A DNA stretch of 64,000 nucleotides, from NCBI RefSeq assembly GCF_009834535.1, contig NC_045696.1, positions 83,020,001 through 83,084,000 on the forward strand. The letters are read 5' to 3'. The notes below the pieces were generated by a model. That model ran no database searches and had not been told where the DNA came from. It saw only the letters and a list, made by a program, of their open reading frames with translations. Of this stretch, positions 39,401-54,213 are shown piece by piece. How positions within the stretch are numbered: the stretch's first letter is position 1; each line of letters starts with the position of its first letter. Position numbers and translations under genes: made by a program. This DNA is from Camelus ferus. Lineage: Eukaryota.

Positions 39401-42400
39401 CAGATGCAAACTCATATCTATCAAATAATTATTATGAAGATTAAGTAAATTGTTTGAAAAATGCTTATTACGGTGTCTGGTGTATATTAAGGACTTGATA
39501 AATGTCATTAGCCAATTAAATAATTATTGTTATTATCCAAAGATAAACACATATAATCAGTTTGAGAAGAAACATCTGTAAAAACCACTTTATCTATACA
39601 CTGAGTCAGTTGATTCACTGCATTTTGCTTGATTAAATAATAGTGAAATGGGTAATAATAACATACATGTGATACTACAGCGTTTAAGAAGTACTCCCTC
39701 ATGAACAAATAATTTGGCACCAACTCTGTGAGTTAGAAAAGATAAAATGTTCTTATTTACAAAGCAGGAAAAAAAAAGGAACCAAGATACAACATCCAAG
39801 AGAAAAAACAAAAGAAAAAACTATAAATACCAGAATAGACCAAGGAGATTAAGGGGAAAGGAAAACCTCTCAAAAAGATTAATTTGTCACAACAAACACA
39901 GTCAAATAATCAGAGTGGAAAAAACATCGTATCAGTTAGTGAATTGATGTTGTCAAATCAACTGATGGGGACCAAAGAAATGTCAGACTTATTTAACCTT
40001 TTTGTCTTATAAGCTAGCTACTGACATCTCAAGTTTAAACAATTCAGTCCACAATATTTGTTATGCTTATGACTCTTAACACATACATTATCACAGATAA
40101 AATATATCATAAAAACATTTATATAAAAAAGCACCATTTTTATAATACACAAGTTTGTAAAAAAGTACATTATTGAGTAAAGTTTTACATTTTCTACTTT
40201 TAAAAATTATACATTTGTAGATGGAAATACAGTTACCGTATTTACCTATTATTTAAATTACTGATCAACAAAACACAATATAGATTTTGGAGCAACAGTT
40301 CTCACACTGAACGATGGTGGGCTGGAAGCTTGGGAAATGGTTTCCCTCCTTAGTTGAATATGGCCAGTATTTTCTCAGTTCACATTTATTTAAATTTTCT
40401 TTAACATTTTGACCAATAAAAGTTTTTCCTTTAAAAAACTGATGCCTGATAATTGTTGAGTCTGACAAAGTGAATGTCCTACTATCATAAATTATGTATT
40501 GATAGAATTTTTTAGGTGATACTGTGCCTATTAGACAGTTAATAAATGTTTGTGGTCACATACATTTGTGTCTAAGATTTCTGTACCACATACCTATCAC
40601 AGAGTTATAGTTTCTCTAAGTTCTGATTCCCCATCATGTAATATAATCTAATATTCCAATAATTCATATCCCACCTTGGGCACCGTGATACTCAGATGCT
40701 TCTTGATCAGGTTTGATAACCATTGCTTTTGAAGTATGCACATATTTGGATCATCCATTTTTGTTTAATTATTCTACATTTCCTTGAATATATCTTTGAT
40801 GAGTAAGTATATATAAGGCAGCACACTTGGTTAGTTAAATTTATTTGGAATAGATTCATTGTTATCACTGAGGTTTCCACTTCAAGCGGTCTTACACTAA
40901 TGGAAAAAAAAAAAGTTAATGCAGCTTTTCCTAATGGCTACAAGAGGAGGTATTACTAATAAAGCTTCTCAGAGGTCTCTTTGGCTCTTATATAATAAAC
41001 TTAAAGAATTCAGGTGTGTGTGGCTTGAATCTAGGAACTATGCTTATCATTTATTGCAGAAATTGATAGCTGAGGCAAATAAGATATTGCCAAAGTATGA
41101 AGGCAAAACTGTCTTTTAAACATATAAAATATAAGTGTTGAATAAAATATGCTAAAGAAGTTATAAAAATGTTTAAAATTCAGATTACTTTTTGGAGGAG
41201 GCAATGAAATCATTAGAGGACCGTGAACCTCTCACTGGCTTCAGCCCCTTACATCTGTTATAAAACTACAGCTCCCAGATACAGCATAGACATTTAATAA
41301 ATGGTGACATTGCAAGTTTGGAAGGTCTCTGACGCTAAAGCTAAAATTCAAAGGGATTTCTGTAAAGCAAAGTTCACTGACCCTCCTAAGCCAGAAGAAT
41401 TTTTCATACGTCTTGGAAAAGACAGAATCCAAAGGCAAGAGATGAAAGACATGAGACCAGAGATAAGAGATAAAATGTTTTGGTTCTGTGAGTCTCAGTT
41501 TCCTTCCTCAGTTTCCTGTGAAAAATGACTAGAGGAGCTTTAAGGTCTTTTCCAGTTCTGTGTTTCTATGATTCCAAGTACAGAGGATTCTCTATTCCAG
41601 AAGGGTTGATCCCCTTGTTTTGTTTGATGACCTGACACATAATACAGCTAGGTTAGAGCATCTCAAATTTTATGAACGGAGGATATATTTTAGCCTGATC
41701 CGATATGAGCTGTGTTTCATATGGGATTGCATCTGATTAGTTTTTAAGTTTAAGTAAGTATACGTACATATACAAGTCATGTAGAAATGGAGGTGTTTAC
41801 AAGTGAGAAAGATTTTTTTTTTTCTGAATACTACGGTCGACACATTTATTTGGAATAATTTGGAAATTTTAATGGATTTTAACAGAACACGTCTAAATAT
41901 ATAATCCAAAAGGAAACCCTCCACAACCTTTTCACCACCGTCCACATAAATAGGTCTGTGTGTGTGTGTCTGTGTGTAGCTGGGGATAATTTATGTTAAA
42001 CATTTAGTAAATGATATGATGATCATTAGTGAACAAAAGATCTTAACAACTCTAGTATTACTAGAATCCATACACTTCAATTATGACATGACAACAACTT
42101 ACATAACCATTTAGCAATTCTCAAAAAGAAGTGATACTCATTCCAATGTGCTAGTAAACATTCTTGCTTTGGAATTTTTAATGCATTTAAATAACCCCCC
42201 TGGGTTGTTCAAAATATGGTATGTAAAACTCCTATAAAATGCCCAGATGTTAGCAAAACTATAGTCTTGTATTTTCTAACACATATTTCTGTATAACTTT
42301 TACAATGTTTCATTTTAAAAGAATACAACTTATTTCACACCTTCCTAACTGTCTTTAATGTTTTTAAAAAGTATTCCCTTAATTTCTCATATTATTTAGA

Positions 42401-45400
42401 CAAAAAAAGAAAGGCAGATCTCTTTAAAAAGTTTCATCAACATTTTACTTTGCATTTCAAAGCTCCTTTTTGAGAAATACTTACCAGCTCATAGCTGATC
42501 TGTGGGAAACTATAAAGTAATACAAGCCTCGCTTAGAATTCTCTCAGGCAATTAGTAGAAACACCATAAAAATGTGTGATCAGGGTATCCAGACCAAGCA
42601 TTTTTTGAGGACTCACTCAAGTATACATTTTCCCCCATTTTTAACAAAAGATATTTCTTGAGACACTAGTTTTTCAAAACACCCCTCAAAAAAGGAAATA
42701 CCTAGTTAAGCAATTTGGAATTCTTTGCATACTGTGCCTTCCTATTTGAAATTCACAAATCTATATTAAAGCTCCAAACAAGTATTACAGTGAAGGACAC
42801 TATTTACATGTTTAACCCAGAGTATTCTAGGTGTTGTTATTGACTATAAGACCCAAGCAATTCTCCTCTTCTGCCCACTTTCTCCTTATTAAATATCATT
42901 AATTTGTAATTCCATGGAATACTCATTGCTTGAGGCCTCACGGCCTGGGAGCTGCCATACCATAGCCTTGATACTGTGTCTGCCTCAAGGCCACAGTCGA
43001 GTCCAGGAAGCAGATATTTAGGAAAAGGGTACAAATACGGAAAATCCATGAGGGTCGTTCAAAGCAGAATTACAAGCTTGCTTGATATTTCATAGCACAC
43101 AATGAGCTTGCTGATTGTTTACTGTTTTTTCAGTAACTTTAGAAATGCAGTGAAGTGGATGAGCTACAAGTGTGATTTGCTAACTGAACAGTGACTGCTT
43201 TTCTAGCTGCACAATCTTTAAAGGAAATTCTAACAGTTTAAAGATGAAGTATGTCTTTGTTTCAGAAATGCCTAGCAAATAGGAAGAAACTGATAGACTG
43301 TATGTTTTCAAATAATCAAAGTATTCACAGAATATGAAAAATTTCACAAGTTTAGGCAGGACATGAGTTCAGCTATTCAGGTGGACCAAACTGTCCTGAA
43401 GCCTCTGCATGTTACTCAATTGGCATCAAGAAGGTCTTCCATGTTAAAAGAAATAATCTTTGATGACTATAGCCCAACAATGCAATGTTTTCAATACCAC
43501 TGAACTGTACACTTAAAAAGGGTTAAGTTGGTAAATTTTATGTTGTGTTTTGCCACAATTTAAAAAAGTAATCTAATGTTGCTTTCAGACAACATTAAAA
43601 TAGCAACATATTTTTTATTGCTTGAGAGAATTACTTGCCTTGTTATAAAACCAGATTCTTCAAAATGTCTAAATACTCTCCCCTTTCACTGGGAAACGCT
43701 TATCTTGACCAACAGAGAAAGCAGCAGTGGTTACTGAAAAGAATAAAAGAAATATTTTCTTTTTTCTTCTACTTCCACTACCCAAATCTCCATGCTATTA
43801 GAGCTACAATAACAGATTTGAAAGTGGACTTCCCTTTCACATTGCAAAAAATAATATAGTTTTCTATAAATGTAAAATGGTGTTTCATGAGTTTTTAAAA
43901 AAATATTTCATTTCCTGTAGTGGCATTAAGAGTAAAACCTGGTGTGTGGATTTTTTTAAGGTTAGGTAAAATACATTTGTTTTATCAAAGTGTGTATTAA
44001 TATAGGAGAATTAACAAATTTGTGAGAAATAGACTTAGGAAAGGATTAATGAACTATAAAAGGATTGATGAACTATAAAACTCACTGCAAAGCTAAGAAT
44101 GTTTTAAAAACATTGTTCTCCTTGGCTAATATCATATACTAGATTGTAAGTTTCTGTGGGCAGGGAACACATCCATCTTGCTGACCACTATTTTTTTCAT
44201 GCCCCTAATTGTACCTAGTGTTGTAGACAATAAATACTTCTGAGTGAATTAGTAAATTCAGGAGAGAGCTAAAATACAGAAAACTGCTTCTTAAGTAATG
44301 GTTAAAATGTGACACTAACGAAGGCCATTTTTCAATTAATAAATGATTTGAAATATTACCAATGGACCATTTATACATCTCATCAGTCACAGGCTCCATT
44401 ATCCATCAAATGCATGTTAAACACTCACTACCAAATTTATCCTAACCTTACATATGGAATTTTATTCACAAACCAATGCTCTACATTTCAAGAGACCAAT
44501 ATTGTCAACACTTAAGCGCTTCATATCCAATTCTTCACATGAATCTTTTGGTCTGATGGACTATTGTTGACCTTTTCTCATGAAGTCTGAATAATAAAAT
44601 TATATTTGATAGATAATCTTGTATTTTTTAAGTGGAGGCATTACTATAAAATTTTCTATGTAGCTTTAAGATATTCACTGGAAGAATATTAATAAAAGTA
44701 TTAATATTAGTCATTTGAATGAATATTCTTCAGAATTTGAGCTATTTGCACGTAAACATTAAAATGAGGAATATTTAAATGGTGTTTCATGTAATCCTGA
44801 CAAAAGATTTAGAGATGAAAATGTATGTCAGTATTTGGAAGAATATATAAAAAAGAGAAGTGTACTACTTTTAAATATATCTCCTAGACTTTAATTATTG
44901 GCTTTTGTGTTTTTTTGATTTAGAAAAGCTAAAATATAAGCAGAAAAAGTAGAACATAGTTTCCACATGATTAGCAAAGGGTCCAAACTTTGGAATCACT
45001 TTGAAATCTATTTTAAAAGCTCAGCTACTTTGATTTTTTTTGTTGTTGTTATAGAACCATGAAAAGTTATTTCAACTGAATTGCATACATAACTCCTAGA
45101 GTGTAGACAGTTGCTATTATTTGTTCACTTCATCAAAATGCTTTTTTAAATTCTTGCTACATCTGTATTACCAGGTCCTGGAGAAGCCAAGGTGAAGGAG
45201 GCCCAGGAGAAGCCAAACCCTCTTTGCTGTTTCTAACAAAGGAAATGCCATTCTTGCCACTAACTCTTGGAATGATTTCCAAGTTCTCTAAAAATAATTT
45301 AACCTGTGTCAAATAGCTGTCTCATCTGGAAAACTCAATAAATGAATGTAGAAGTTAGAAAGAGTAGGGGGAAAGTTAGGTGTCAAATTGAAATGGTATA

Positions 45401-47273
45401 TCCCAGGCATTTTAGACTGAAACTCCAAATTAGCCAGTTCACTTCCATCCATCTGCTCACTTTTCTTTAAACATGAGCTATATTATTGCAGAAAAGCACA
45501 GTAATCCCCACTCTGATCTTGTATTTCAAATAAAAGAGACTGAAACATTACAGCGTAGGCACCTTTGTAAAGGGGTATTATGGGTAGACGAATTTCTGTT
45601 GGGGTCAGCATTTCTACATTCAAAGGGCAGCTTATATAGGGAGGAAAAGTAGAAGGAGTTATATGAAGTATTTCTACCCAATGACAATGATTCTAATTTG
45701 TCATCGGACTTTAGTTTAAAGAGAATATGCCTATTAAATCATGCTTCACTTTAAACAGTAATTGAATTTTTAAAAATTTTGTACAAATTATATCTTGGTA
45801 GCCAAATTACATTTCACTGTACCTGAATAGCTGTTGACATGCAGAAAGCTCAGGTAAATCCTTGTAGAAGTAAAAAAGTATGCTATGTTTCTTTGTTCAG
45901 AAATGTGAGTCATTATAAGATACTGAAAAAAATTAATGAAGAAATATGGGTCATTGTATGCTATTTTCTTAATTTAAAGCATTTTAACATGCCAGTTATT
46001 AAAAGTGAATTTTTAAATTCTGTTATATGACTTTGCAAGGAAATTCTATTTTATAATTTTCCATCTGTTAAATTATTTAAGATTAACATTTATTATATGC
46101 TGGTCCATGAATGAAATGTCATTGCCTACAATGATTTTTAGACATCTGCTAGTGTCCTCAAAGAGAAGAACTGAAATATTTTTAGAAGGGATGACTTACC
46201 ACATGACTATTAACTTTTGCAGGGTCCCACTTAAGATTTTTTAAGGTGACTAAAAGAAAAATGGAAACCTCCTGGGCTTTAAATATTTTTCTATTTTCTT
46301 TTTGATATGAAAAATAAACCTATAAAAATTTTGTAAAAAAAAAAAAAAAAGGTGGGAGGGTGCTGCAGTAACTTGCATTAATTCCTGTTGGCTGGTATAA
46401 CAATGAAAGCAAAACTCAGTTTGTCTAACCCGTCAGGCATTAGTGCAAATACAGGTGCACGCTATGACTCTGCTTTCCCACTCTCATAATTTGTTTTAGA
46501 GCTTGAGGTGGAAAAGAGGATGAGAGGAGATAATATATGGGCCATCTGCCATTTGCCAAGAACTGTGCTTAACATTTTACATATGGCTTCTCACTTATAA
46601 AGAGTTAAGCAATACACAAGAAAAAAAAAATTCAACCTAAAGAAATCTCTTACTTTTCTTTTTCCTGCCAAATTCTTGTCTGTCTTAATAGGTGACAACA
46701 TCTCTAATAAGGAAGAGAAACCTGATTACTTATTTTTTTCCTATTTGCAGTCACTGTGTGTGTGTGTGTGTGTTTTAGTCTTGAAATGGAGTCCAGTGGT
46801 GGATGGCAGCCCAGAAAAGAATGCTGCTTTTATATATCCTATTCTCTTTGCAGGTCAGATGAGGATAGTTGAGAGAAGCTTGAAAAATAAAAGGTAAAGA
46901 AGATGAGCAAATAATCACAATAAAGCATAGCTCTCAGTCAATCAGATACAAATAGTTAAAGTGAATTTAAATATAAACAGAAAATTTTAATTCCAAATAC
47001 TGTAGATGGAGGATAAAAAAGGATAAATTGATTGCAGCTCTTTTAAGACCAAAGCAAATTTATAAGTAATTTCTTAGAGAGCTAGCTAATCAATTCCTTT
47101 ATATTACTTAATAATGTTATATTTGACATGGCGGCCTATTGTAGTCATGCTGTATCTCTGTTATACGTGCTGAGATATAGGAAGATAAATGTTAAGTAGA
47201 GATCAGAACTATACTGAATCGATAACACCAAGTATTTTTCATAAACCTTCCATCAATTCTATCTTAAATAAGT

Positions 47274-47413
47274 TTTTTTTAATTCTTATTTTTTATTGAA
47301 GTGTAGTCAGTTTACAATGTTAGTTTCAGGCACACAGCAAAGTGATTCAGTTATACATATATATATTATTCAGTTTCTTGTAATGAGCTGTAATGGAAAA
47401 GAATCTGAAAAAA
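47274..47413 (-). mobile_element. Short L1 3'-end insertion with an inverted 5' segment
   Basis: Antisense 3'UTR at ~47274-47371, followed directly by the adjacent 3'UTR piece in sense orientation (cttgtaatgagctgtaatggaaaagaatctgaaaaaa). Confidence 0.7.
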
Positions 47414-48475
47414 ATCTTAAGTTTTGCTTTAAAAGTTACACTAGACATTATGCATTAAGTCAAATATCTAGTCAGATAATTTCAGTATTCTCTATTTTTA
47501 TCCCCCAAAGGATGGGTAACATGAGTAACAACATTTCCAATCAAGAAAATTATTCTTCTTTCATGTGAATTAACCTGTCATATGAAATGCTAAATACTGA
47601 TCAACTAGTTGAGAGCAAAAACACGATGATATTTATTGCTGTATCTTTCTGGGGCTTATCAAAGGACTCATGCTTACAAATGGCTGTAGAACTGACCCAA
47701 AGGATGAGCCATGTGAGTCAAGACTACAATGTGGATTAAAAACCTGATTCCAATCAGGCCATATTCTACGGGGAATCTGTGTCCCCCAGAGCAGGCTAAG
47801 CACTTGTCTTGATCACTTCTACTCACTTTTCCTTCCTGTCCACTGACCAGTGAAGGGGAGAACACCACTAAACATTTTGATGATTCATTGTAAGTGTGGA
47901 CGTCATGCTTTCACCCTGATCTTTATGTGGCTAACGTCTTAATGGTCTCCCACACCAAAAGCTGTGTTTGAAATACAATACCTTAACAATCTGAAGCTGA
48001 CTGAGCTGTGAAGCAGGATACTGAGAATAAATAGATGAAATTCTAGACATTTCTAAAGAGGATCCAGCTACTTAATGGCCACTGAGGTCTTCAGTGAATA
48101 GGTGTGAATATTTCAGTGTAGTCCAACCTGAACTGAAAAGCAGTTCTTACTTCCAAATTTAAATACCGCCTGTGCATATAAAAAAGGAGTTTCATTTATT
48201 AGTCCAAAATGTTACTACAATTGGGATCTTGAAAAAACATTCTCTTTTTCTCGGGCATGTTCTTCAGCAAAAGGAAGTCGGGAAGGGTAGGCTAGAGAAT
48301 GGAACGTATGCTTGGAGGCCATAAAGTTGAGACGTCCTGTTTTTCACCTCACAACAGGCGAGGTTGGGCCGAAGATGGTTGGGTAAGTACGTTTCTCTGC
48401 CAAAGTTAAGATGATGAACCGTGGGTGAACCTCAGCAACATTCTATTCATCCACTGAAAAGCTGTTAGTATTTGG

Positions 48476-48627
48476 TTATTGAGGGTTGTCCAAACCATCC
48501 TCTGCACAGGTTGGTCCCATTCTCCTCGCAGGGAAAGTGCAGATCCCGTTGAGGGGGTTACAGCCAGCTGTGTGGAGACACTGGCACTTCAAAGAGCAGT
48601 TAGGTCCATACTGGCCTGACCTGCATT
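48476..48627 (-). pseudogene. EGF-like exon E (last EGF repeat): ECRSGQYGPNCSLKCQCLHTAGCNPLNGICTFPARRMGPTCAEDGLDNPQ*
   Basis: Acceptor tttcacctcacag|AA. It ends either at a weak donor G|gtttgg (48496) or at TAA 48476-48478. CxC has become CTF. A minus-strand AATAAA lies at 48195-48200. Confidence 0.85.
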
Positions 48628-50927
48628 CTGTGAGGTGAAAAGTCAAAATAAAACCAATTGAAATATGCTTTTCTATCACACAGTCTTTTTACTACTATTT
48701 CTTGGAATTCAGTAAGATAATGATAGGCTTGTAAAGAATTCTGGTTAACCATGTCGTATCTTTTCCCCATGCAAGAATGTTATATAAGAAAAGTAAGGAC
48801 TTTAATGGAAAACAGGAGGAGGCTGGGGAGTGCCAAGGAAGTTAGTGACAAAGTTGAAAAAAGAAAACAGGACAGCAACTTATATTTTTCCAGTGTCTTT
48901 TCAGAATTAGATTATTCAATAGAGCTGATAGCAGTCCATTGTGAGGGACACGGAGCAAATGGATTAGGTGTCTTAAGGTCCAGAAAAGGCGATACTTACC
49001 CAGAGTACACAATTATAGGAAATTCGTCCTTAAGTTAAAAACACAATTATTTGTGCTTATGTTATTGAAAATGACATGACTTTAAATTCAACTCTTTCAT
49101 CTGTTAAACTGTGTCAAAAGGACCATGGATCCCTCTGTGTGAAATCCTGCTATATGTACTAAAGGGAGGTAACTATCTTTAAGTTGAATTGCATTGTGGT
49201 TGCAATCGGGAGAGAAATGAAGAAAGGGGATTAGAAAGTGTCAGCTTTATCAAAATAACAAAACGTGGACTGAAAGGGGTCCCCCCAGACATCACATCCC
49301 AGCCTGCGTCTCTGGTCTCAGTCTGATATCCAGCAGAGAATTAGCAGAGAATTAGCAGGTTCTGTTTCTGAAGGATTGTGAGGTCAGGAAGAAAGCCAAG
49401 CCCAACCCATGGAAACAGAAAATGGTTTCATATTTCCCAGGCAGTCAGGCAAGACTGGGAAATAACTCAATTTACCAACGTTTAAGGACCAGAGAAACTT
49501 AACTTTGCAAGAACAACAGTCACCTAGCTCTATACCATTTTTCAAAATGGGCTCCTAATACATTATCTTAATTGGTTCTAACGAATTCCTGTGAGGTAGG
49601 AGAGGCAGTGAGGTAAGCTCTCATTCTAGAAAGAGATAGACTAAGGTTTGATGTGTCTTAAGGGACCTTCTCAAATCCCTGATAAATGACAGAGCTGGAT
49701 TTCTAAATTCTCACCTAGTGCTCAGTCCTCATTCTGCCCTACAATCTGGAAAGACAAAAGATGTCAAGCATATGCAGAAGAAAGCCCAGATCAGAAAGTG
49801 GAAGGCTGGAAAGTGAAAACTTCAGAGACACCAATACAAATATAAAGATACAGGTGGTAGAGCAAAGTCCGAATCTGTGAGCAAAAGTTTGCTAAGCATT
49901 TCTTTATTGCCTCAAAATTCTCTTTGCTAGGTTAGAGATCCACCCTAAATATTCCATGAGCAGTTGGATATTTATTCGATTTTATTTTTCCTTCTTGGAT
50001 AAGGAAGGTAGGATAGGGTGTGGACTAGCTCTCATTTTAATTAACTTGTTAGATTTTAAATACGAGATCAAGGGAAACATACCAATTCTGCAATTTACCC
50101 TTTTTACATAGGTGCAATGTGAGCAAACAGTAATTTAATCCCTTCTAAATCAAGGAACACCATGTAGGTAAAAGAAGCTGTGAAGGTGATGCAAAAACTG
50201 CTCTGAAATGAATCTGTTCTTTAAACCATCAAACTTCATGGGGAAAAAAAAAAGCCTGTGTCATTTCAAATTTAACCTAACACATCTCCCTCTGCCCAGT
50301 GTGTGGGATGATTACTTAGTTTGGTGGTGAGACCTAGTTTTCTTGCTTGAAACAGTTATGAGTCAGGATCTCTCCTGAGGAGTTCAGAATCTGATTTTAA
50401 TTTTTAAAAATACCACATTTTCATGTTAATAACGATGTGTATTTAAGACATCTGTTTGAATGTCTGCAAATGTTAATTTACCAACGGGGTGGGGAAGTAA
50501 TCCAATAAAAAGCTGCTACATTCTTTTATGAATTAATATTATAGCTGTTTAATAGGGTCTTTACCAGAGTTCAAATTAAAATGAGGTCTTTTATCTTTAT
50601 AGTGCCTGCATAGACACAGCTGTTCACAGTTAATATCACAGATGAACTAGGCCTAATTGAAAATAAAAATGCAAATAAAAGATCCTGCAGCACGTCTGTG
50701 TAGCCGTGGGTACCCCAAAGAGCTCACAACAAGAGAGGCCTTGAGGTGCCCACTGAGAATGGACACGTTAATACATAGGATCCAAGACCACATGACAATT
50801 TACTTGTGGATGAAGAAGACAGTGTGATAGGAAATTTAGTCCACAGAAATTCCATCGAGTGAGGCTTTCATTTCCAGCCTGTCCATAAGCTCTTCTGGTT
50901 TACTGCTTTGTTTTAAGCCACTGCTAA

Positions 50928-51105
50928 ATGCTGTCCAATAGAACTTTCTGCAATGACGAAAATCTTCTCCCCTGACCTATTCAATACTGTAGCCACTAGC
51001 CATGTGTGGCCACTGAGCACTTGAAATGTCATGTGTGACTAAGGAGAGGAATTCGAAATGGACCTAAATTTAAATTAAACAGCACCCGTGGTTAATGGAC
51101 AATGC
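50928..51105. mobile_element. MER3-like hAT/Charlie DNA transposon fragment
   Basis: ctgtccaatagaactttctgcaatga...gtagccactagccatgtgtggc...gagcacttgaaatgt...tggacaa. Confidence 0.75.
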
Positions 51106-51149
51106 AGGCAGACAACCAAAAGGGATTCCTAATCCTTTCTTTCCCTTGA

Positions 51150-51385
51150 GAGGCAGTAGAGTGGGGCTGTTCAAAGTCTAGCTCTGGATCCAGACTGCTT
51201 GTTTCAGATCCCCAATCTCCCACTTAACTAGCTGTGTAATCTTGAGCAAGTTACTTAACCTGTTTTGAGGCTTCAGCTCCCAGCTTCCTCATCTATAAAA
51301 TGGGAATGGTGATAACAGTAAAGGTGCTATACTATAGTATAAATAAAATGCCTGCCATGTAACATGCATTCAATAAACATGAGTG
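51150..51385 (+). mobile_element. MIR SINE
   Basis: Core actagctgtgtaatcttgagcaagttacttaacc...ctcatctataaaatggga. Other MIRs at ~2760-2880(-), ~8010-8220(+), ~27790-28090(-), ~39280-39510(+), ~51930-52130(+) and ~60850-61010(-). Confidence 0.85.
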
Positions 51386-52883
51386 GTTTTCTCTAAGATT
51401 TAATGAAGCCACACATACTATAAGCACTCTGCCTTTAGTGAGCACTTTACTGGTGCCATGTGTCATGCGGCTTCATCAAAATGTCATGTGGATGTTTATT
51501 CTGAAAGATTTAGTTTATTTGACAAAGTTCAGGTATTCTGTCTATCATGACTCTATGAAGAATGCTGAGTAGGGAAGCAAGAATCACCTCCACAAAAATT
51601 TGCTGAAGGCTATCATGTGCTAGACTTTATTCTAAGCATTTTTGATAAAAGACAGACTCAAGCAGCTTGCAGTGCAGTGAGACACAAGGATTAGAGACTT
51701 AAATGAAGAGTCTCTGCAGAAAAGAAATGTCGGTATCTATAAGCTCCTGAACTGGAAGATCCTAAAGGATTCAGAGTCAATATCGAAAACCCCTTGGCCT
51801 TATTCTGTAAGTCTACAAAAAAAGGGAAGACGTAGGGATAGGAAGGGATACAAGACTCTAATGGGCCATTGGAGGCTCCTTATTCTGGACCACATACAGA
51901 TACTTACATCACACAAACGGTATGGTCAACCAATAGCATCACCCAAGATACGAAACCAGACTACTTTGGATCTCATCTTGGCTCTGCCACTTTCTTCCTC
52001 TCTGTGCCTCAGTCCCTTTATCTGTCAAACAGGAATAGGAACAGCAACACCCCCACAGGGCTGTGCTAAGGATGAAATCAACACAAGTGAAGTGTTTGGG
52101 GTGATGCCTGGCATTCAAAGAAAGTAGCCATCATTGCTCTTTCTCAGAAGGAAGGTGGGGTGTGGGAGATGGTGCTGCACAAACAGCCCTCTCCTGTAGC
52201 CTGGACGGTTACCACGACTTTCTCAGCGTTATTGAAATCCCAGGTTGCGTAATCATAGATTTGTACTGCAAATGATCTTAGAAATACATAGCCTCAACCC
52301 TTCTTTTTGGCGGATGAGAAAAGTAAATTTTGAGGTTAAAATCTCTATTTTGGTCATATCTGTGGCAGGGTCAGTCCTTCAGGGCTATTTCGAATTTAAT
52401 ATAAAACCTTTTCACCTAGTAAGCATGCATTAAGTTTAATAGCAAGGGATAAGTCAATGATTCATTCAATCTACTTTCTCCTTTTTTTTTTAAAAGCTTC
52501 TTCCTTGAAGAATTTGAACTTTACATTTGAGGGTATTCTGTGAGTGGAAAGAAAAAGTATGAATTTCAATTCCCAAAGAATAGTTGAGAACTGGGTTCTT
52601 AAGAGCACCACCTGGACCGAACCTTAATTGCCTTCATTCTAGTTATTTCTCCGAATCGCAGTTTTTAACTGCATCATTTTGGGGTCTGTCTTCTGCCAGC
52701 TGTGGTGCTGGTTTGGGGTGCCAACAATGGAACAACTACCTACCCTGATTAATCAGACTAAGGCAAGGTGACCAGCAGTGGTAGGGCGATGTTCATCGAG
52801 TAACATTTTCAGTATGGAAATGTCTGTATATCTCCAAATATCCCATGAGTCAGGGGGACATCCTGAGGTGCTTTGGTTCATAC

Positions 52884-53011
52884 CAACATCACATCTGGCT
52901 CCAGTCCTCCAGGTGAGCAGAGGCATTTTCCAGTTACTGGGTGGCAGGAGCTTTCTCTGTCACTGTCACAAAGTTGGTGGCAATTGTCTCCAAACAGTCC
53001 AGGTGAACACT
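52884..53011 (-). pseudogene. EGF-like exon D: ECSPGLFGDNCHQLCDSDRESSCHPVTGKCLCSPG/RTGARCDV (frameshifted)
   Basis: Acceptor tcctctttcctgggtag|AG, donor TTG|gtatga, 128 nt (1 short of 129). The terminal GxxC motif is in a shifted frame after CCT GG, and CDC has become CDS. Confidence 0.85.
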
Positions 53012-54213
53012 CTACCCAGGAAAGAGGAATGCTGAAAATTTAACCCCTTGAGTTTTCACTGATGCATCTAAATTGAGACGAGAGATAAAATTGCCACAAG
53101 ACTGAGCCCCAAAGAGCAAAGTGAGATGATAATGTGAGATGGATTAGTCAGAAGAAGAGAGGAAAGTTTTGGAATTCTCAGAAAGAAACTTCATTTGATA
53201 CATGGTTTTACATGCAGCCCTTAAAATTGATTTCCTTCAAGACTGGTTTGTCCCTTTTAACCATATGTAAGCTTTTTGAAGATAGGAATTTAAGGAATGA
53301 GATTGAGTCTACTAGCGAAGTGTATTACTTTCAACATTTTTCCTTAAAATGTTATTTATTTATTTACTGTCTATTTCTCCAGAAGAAGTAAGCTTCACTA
53401 AGTTCCCAGAATTTAACACAGTAACAGGCACATAATAGGGGCATGTCATATAGAGCTACTAAACAATAAATGAGTGGATTAAAGGCTGGACAAGAGACGC
53501 TTTATGTAAAGTTCTAGTGACATATGAAGACATTGTATGGGACTAACATATAGTTCCTTTTTAAAGGTAAGAACTTTGGTTCACACAAAGTCAAATGACC
53601 ACCATCATTGTATCATCATTATCACTCTTATGGTTGGTGTAACCATATGCACAGGAGCGAACAGTATAGACTGAAATGAGACTTGGAGTTTTTCACTGAG
53701 AGCTAAGCAATTTGGCATTGCTTTGAAAGGGTCAGGGATTCATCATATTTTATTTCAAACTGAGTGGCCCAAATTCTCACCTCTATACCTCCATCCACAT
53801 TCATGGCTGCCGTATGATGAATGCCTAATTCACATATTTAGATTTGTTTTGTAAAGCTCTTGGGTCTGTTTCAGTACCACTGAACTCAGTGCATGCCATT
53901 CTTTTAAAAGCATTTAATGAAAGATTTCTCATTCAGAGCAGAATCTTTGTCCATTGAAGACTAACTGCTTTAGTGGTGTTTTGAGACATTAAATAGTTTC
54001 ATTTAGGGGAGAATAAAAAGTTTCACCAACTAGCGATAAAATCAGAACTCGTTATATCAACCATAGAGTGAATTCCTGTCAGTGTCCGAGTCAGAGGCTT
54101 AGGTGATTATTCCATGTTTCAGATTTGGGTGTACATGTTTGCCCTCAGATGGAAGGATCTCACAGTCACACAGGGTTCTCACATTCACATGCTTAAAAAC
54201 ACTCTGGCTATAC

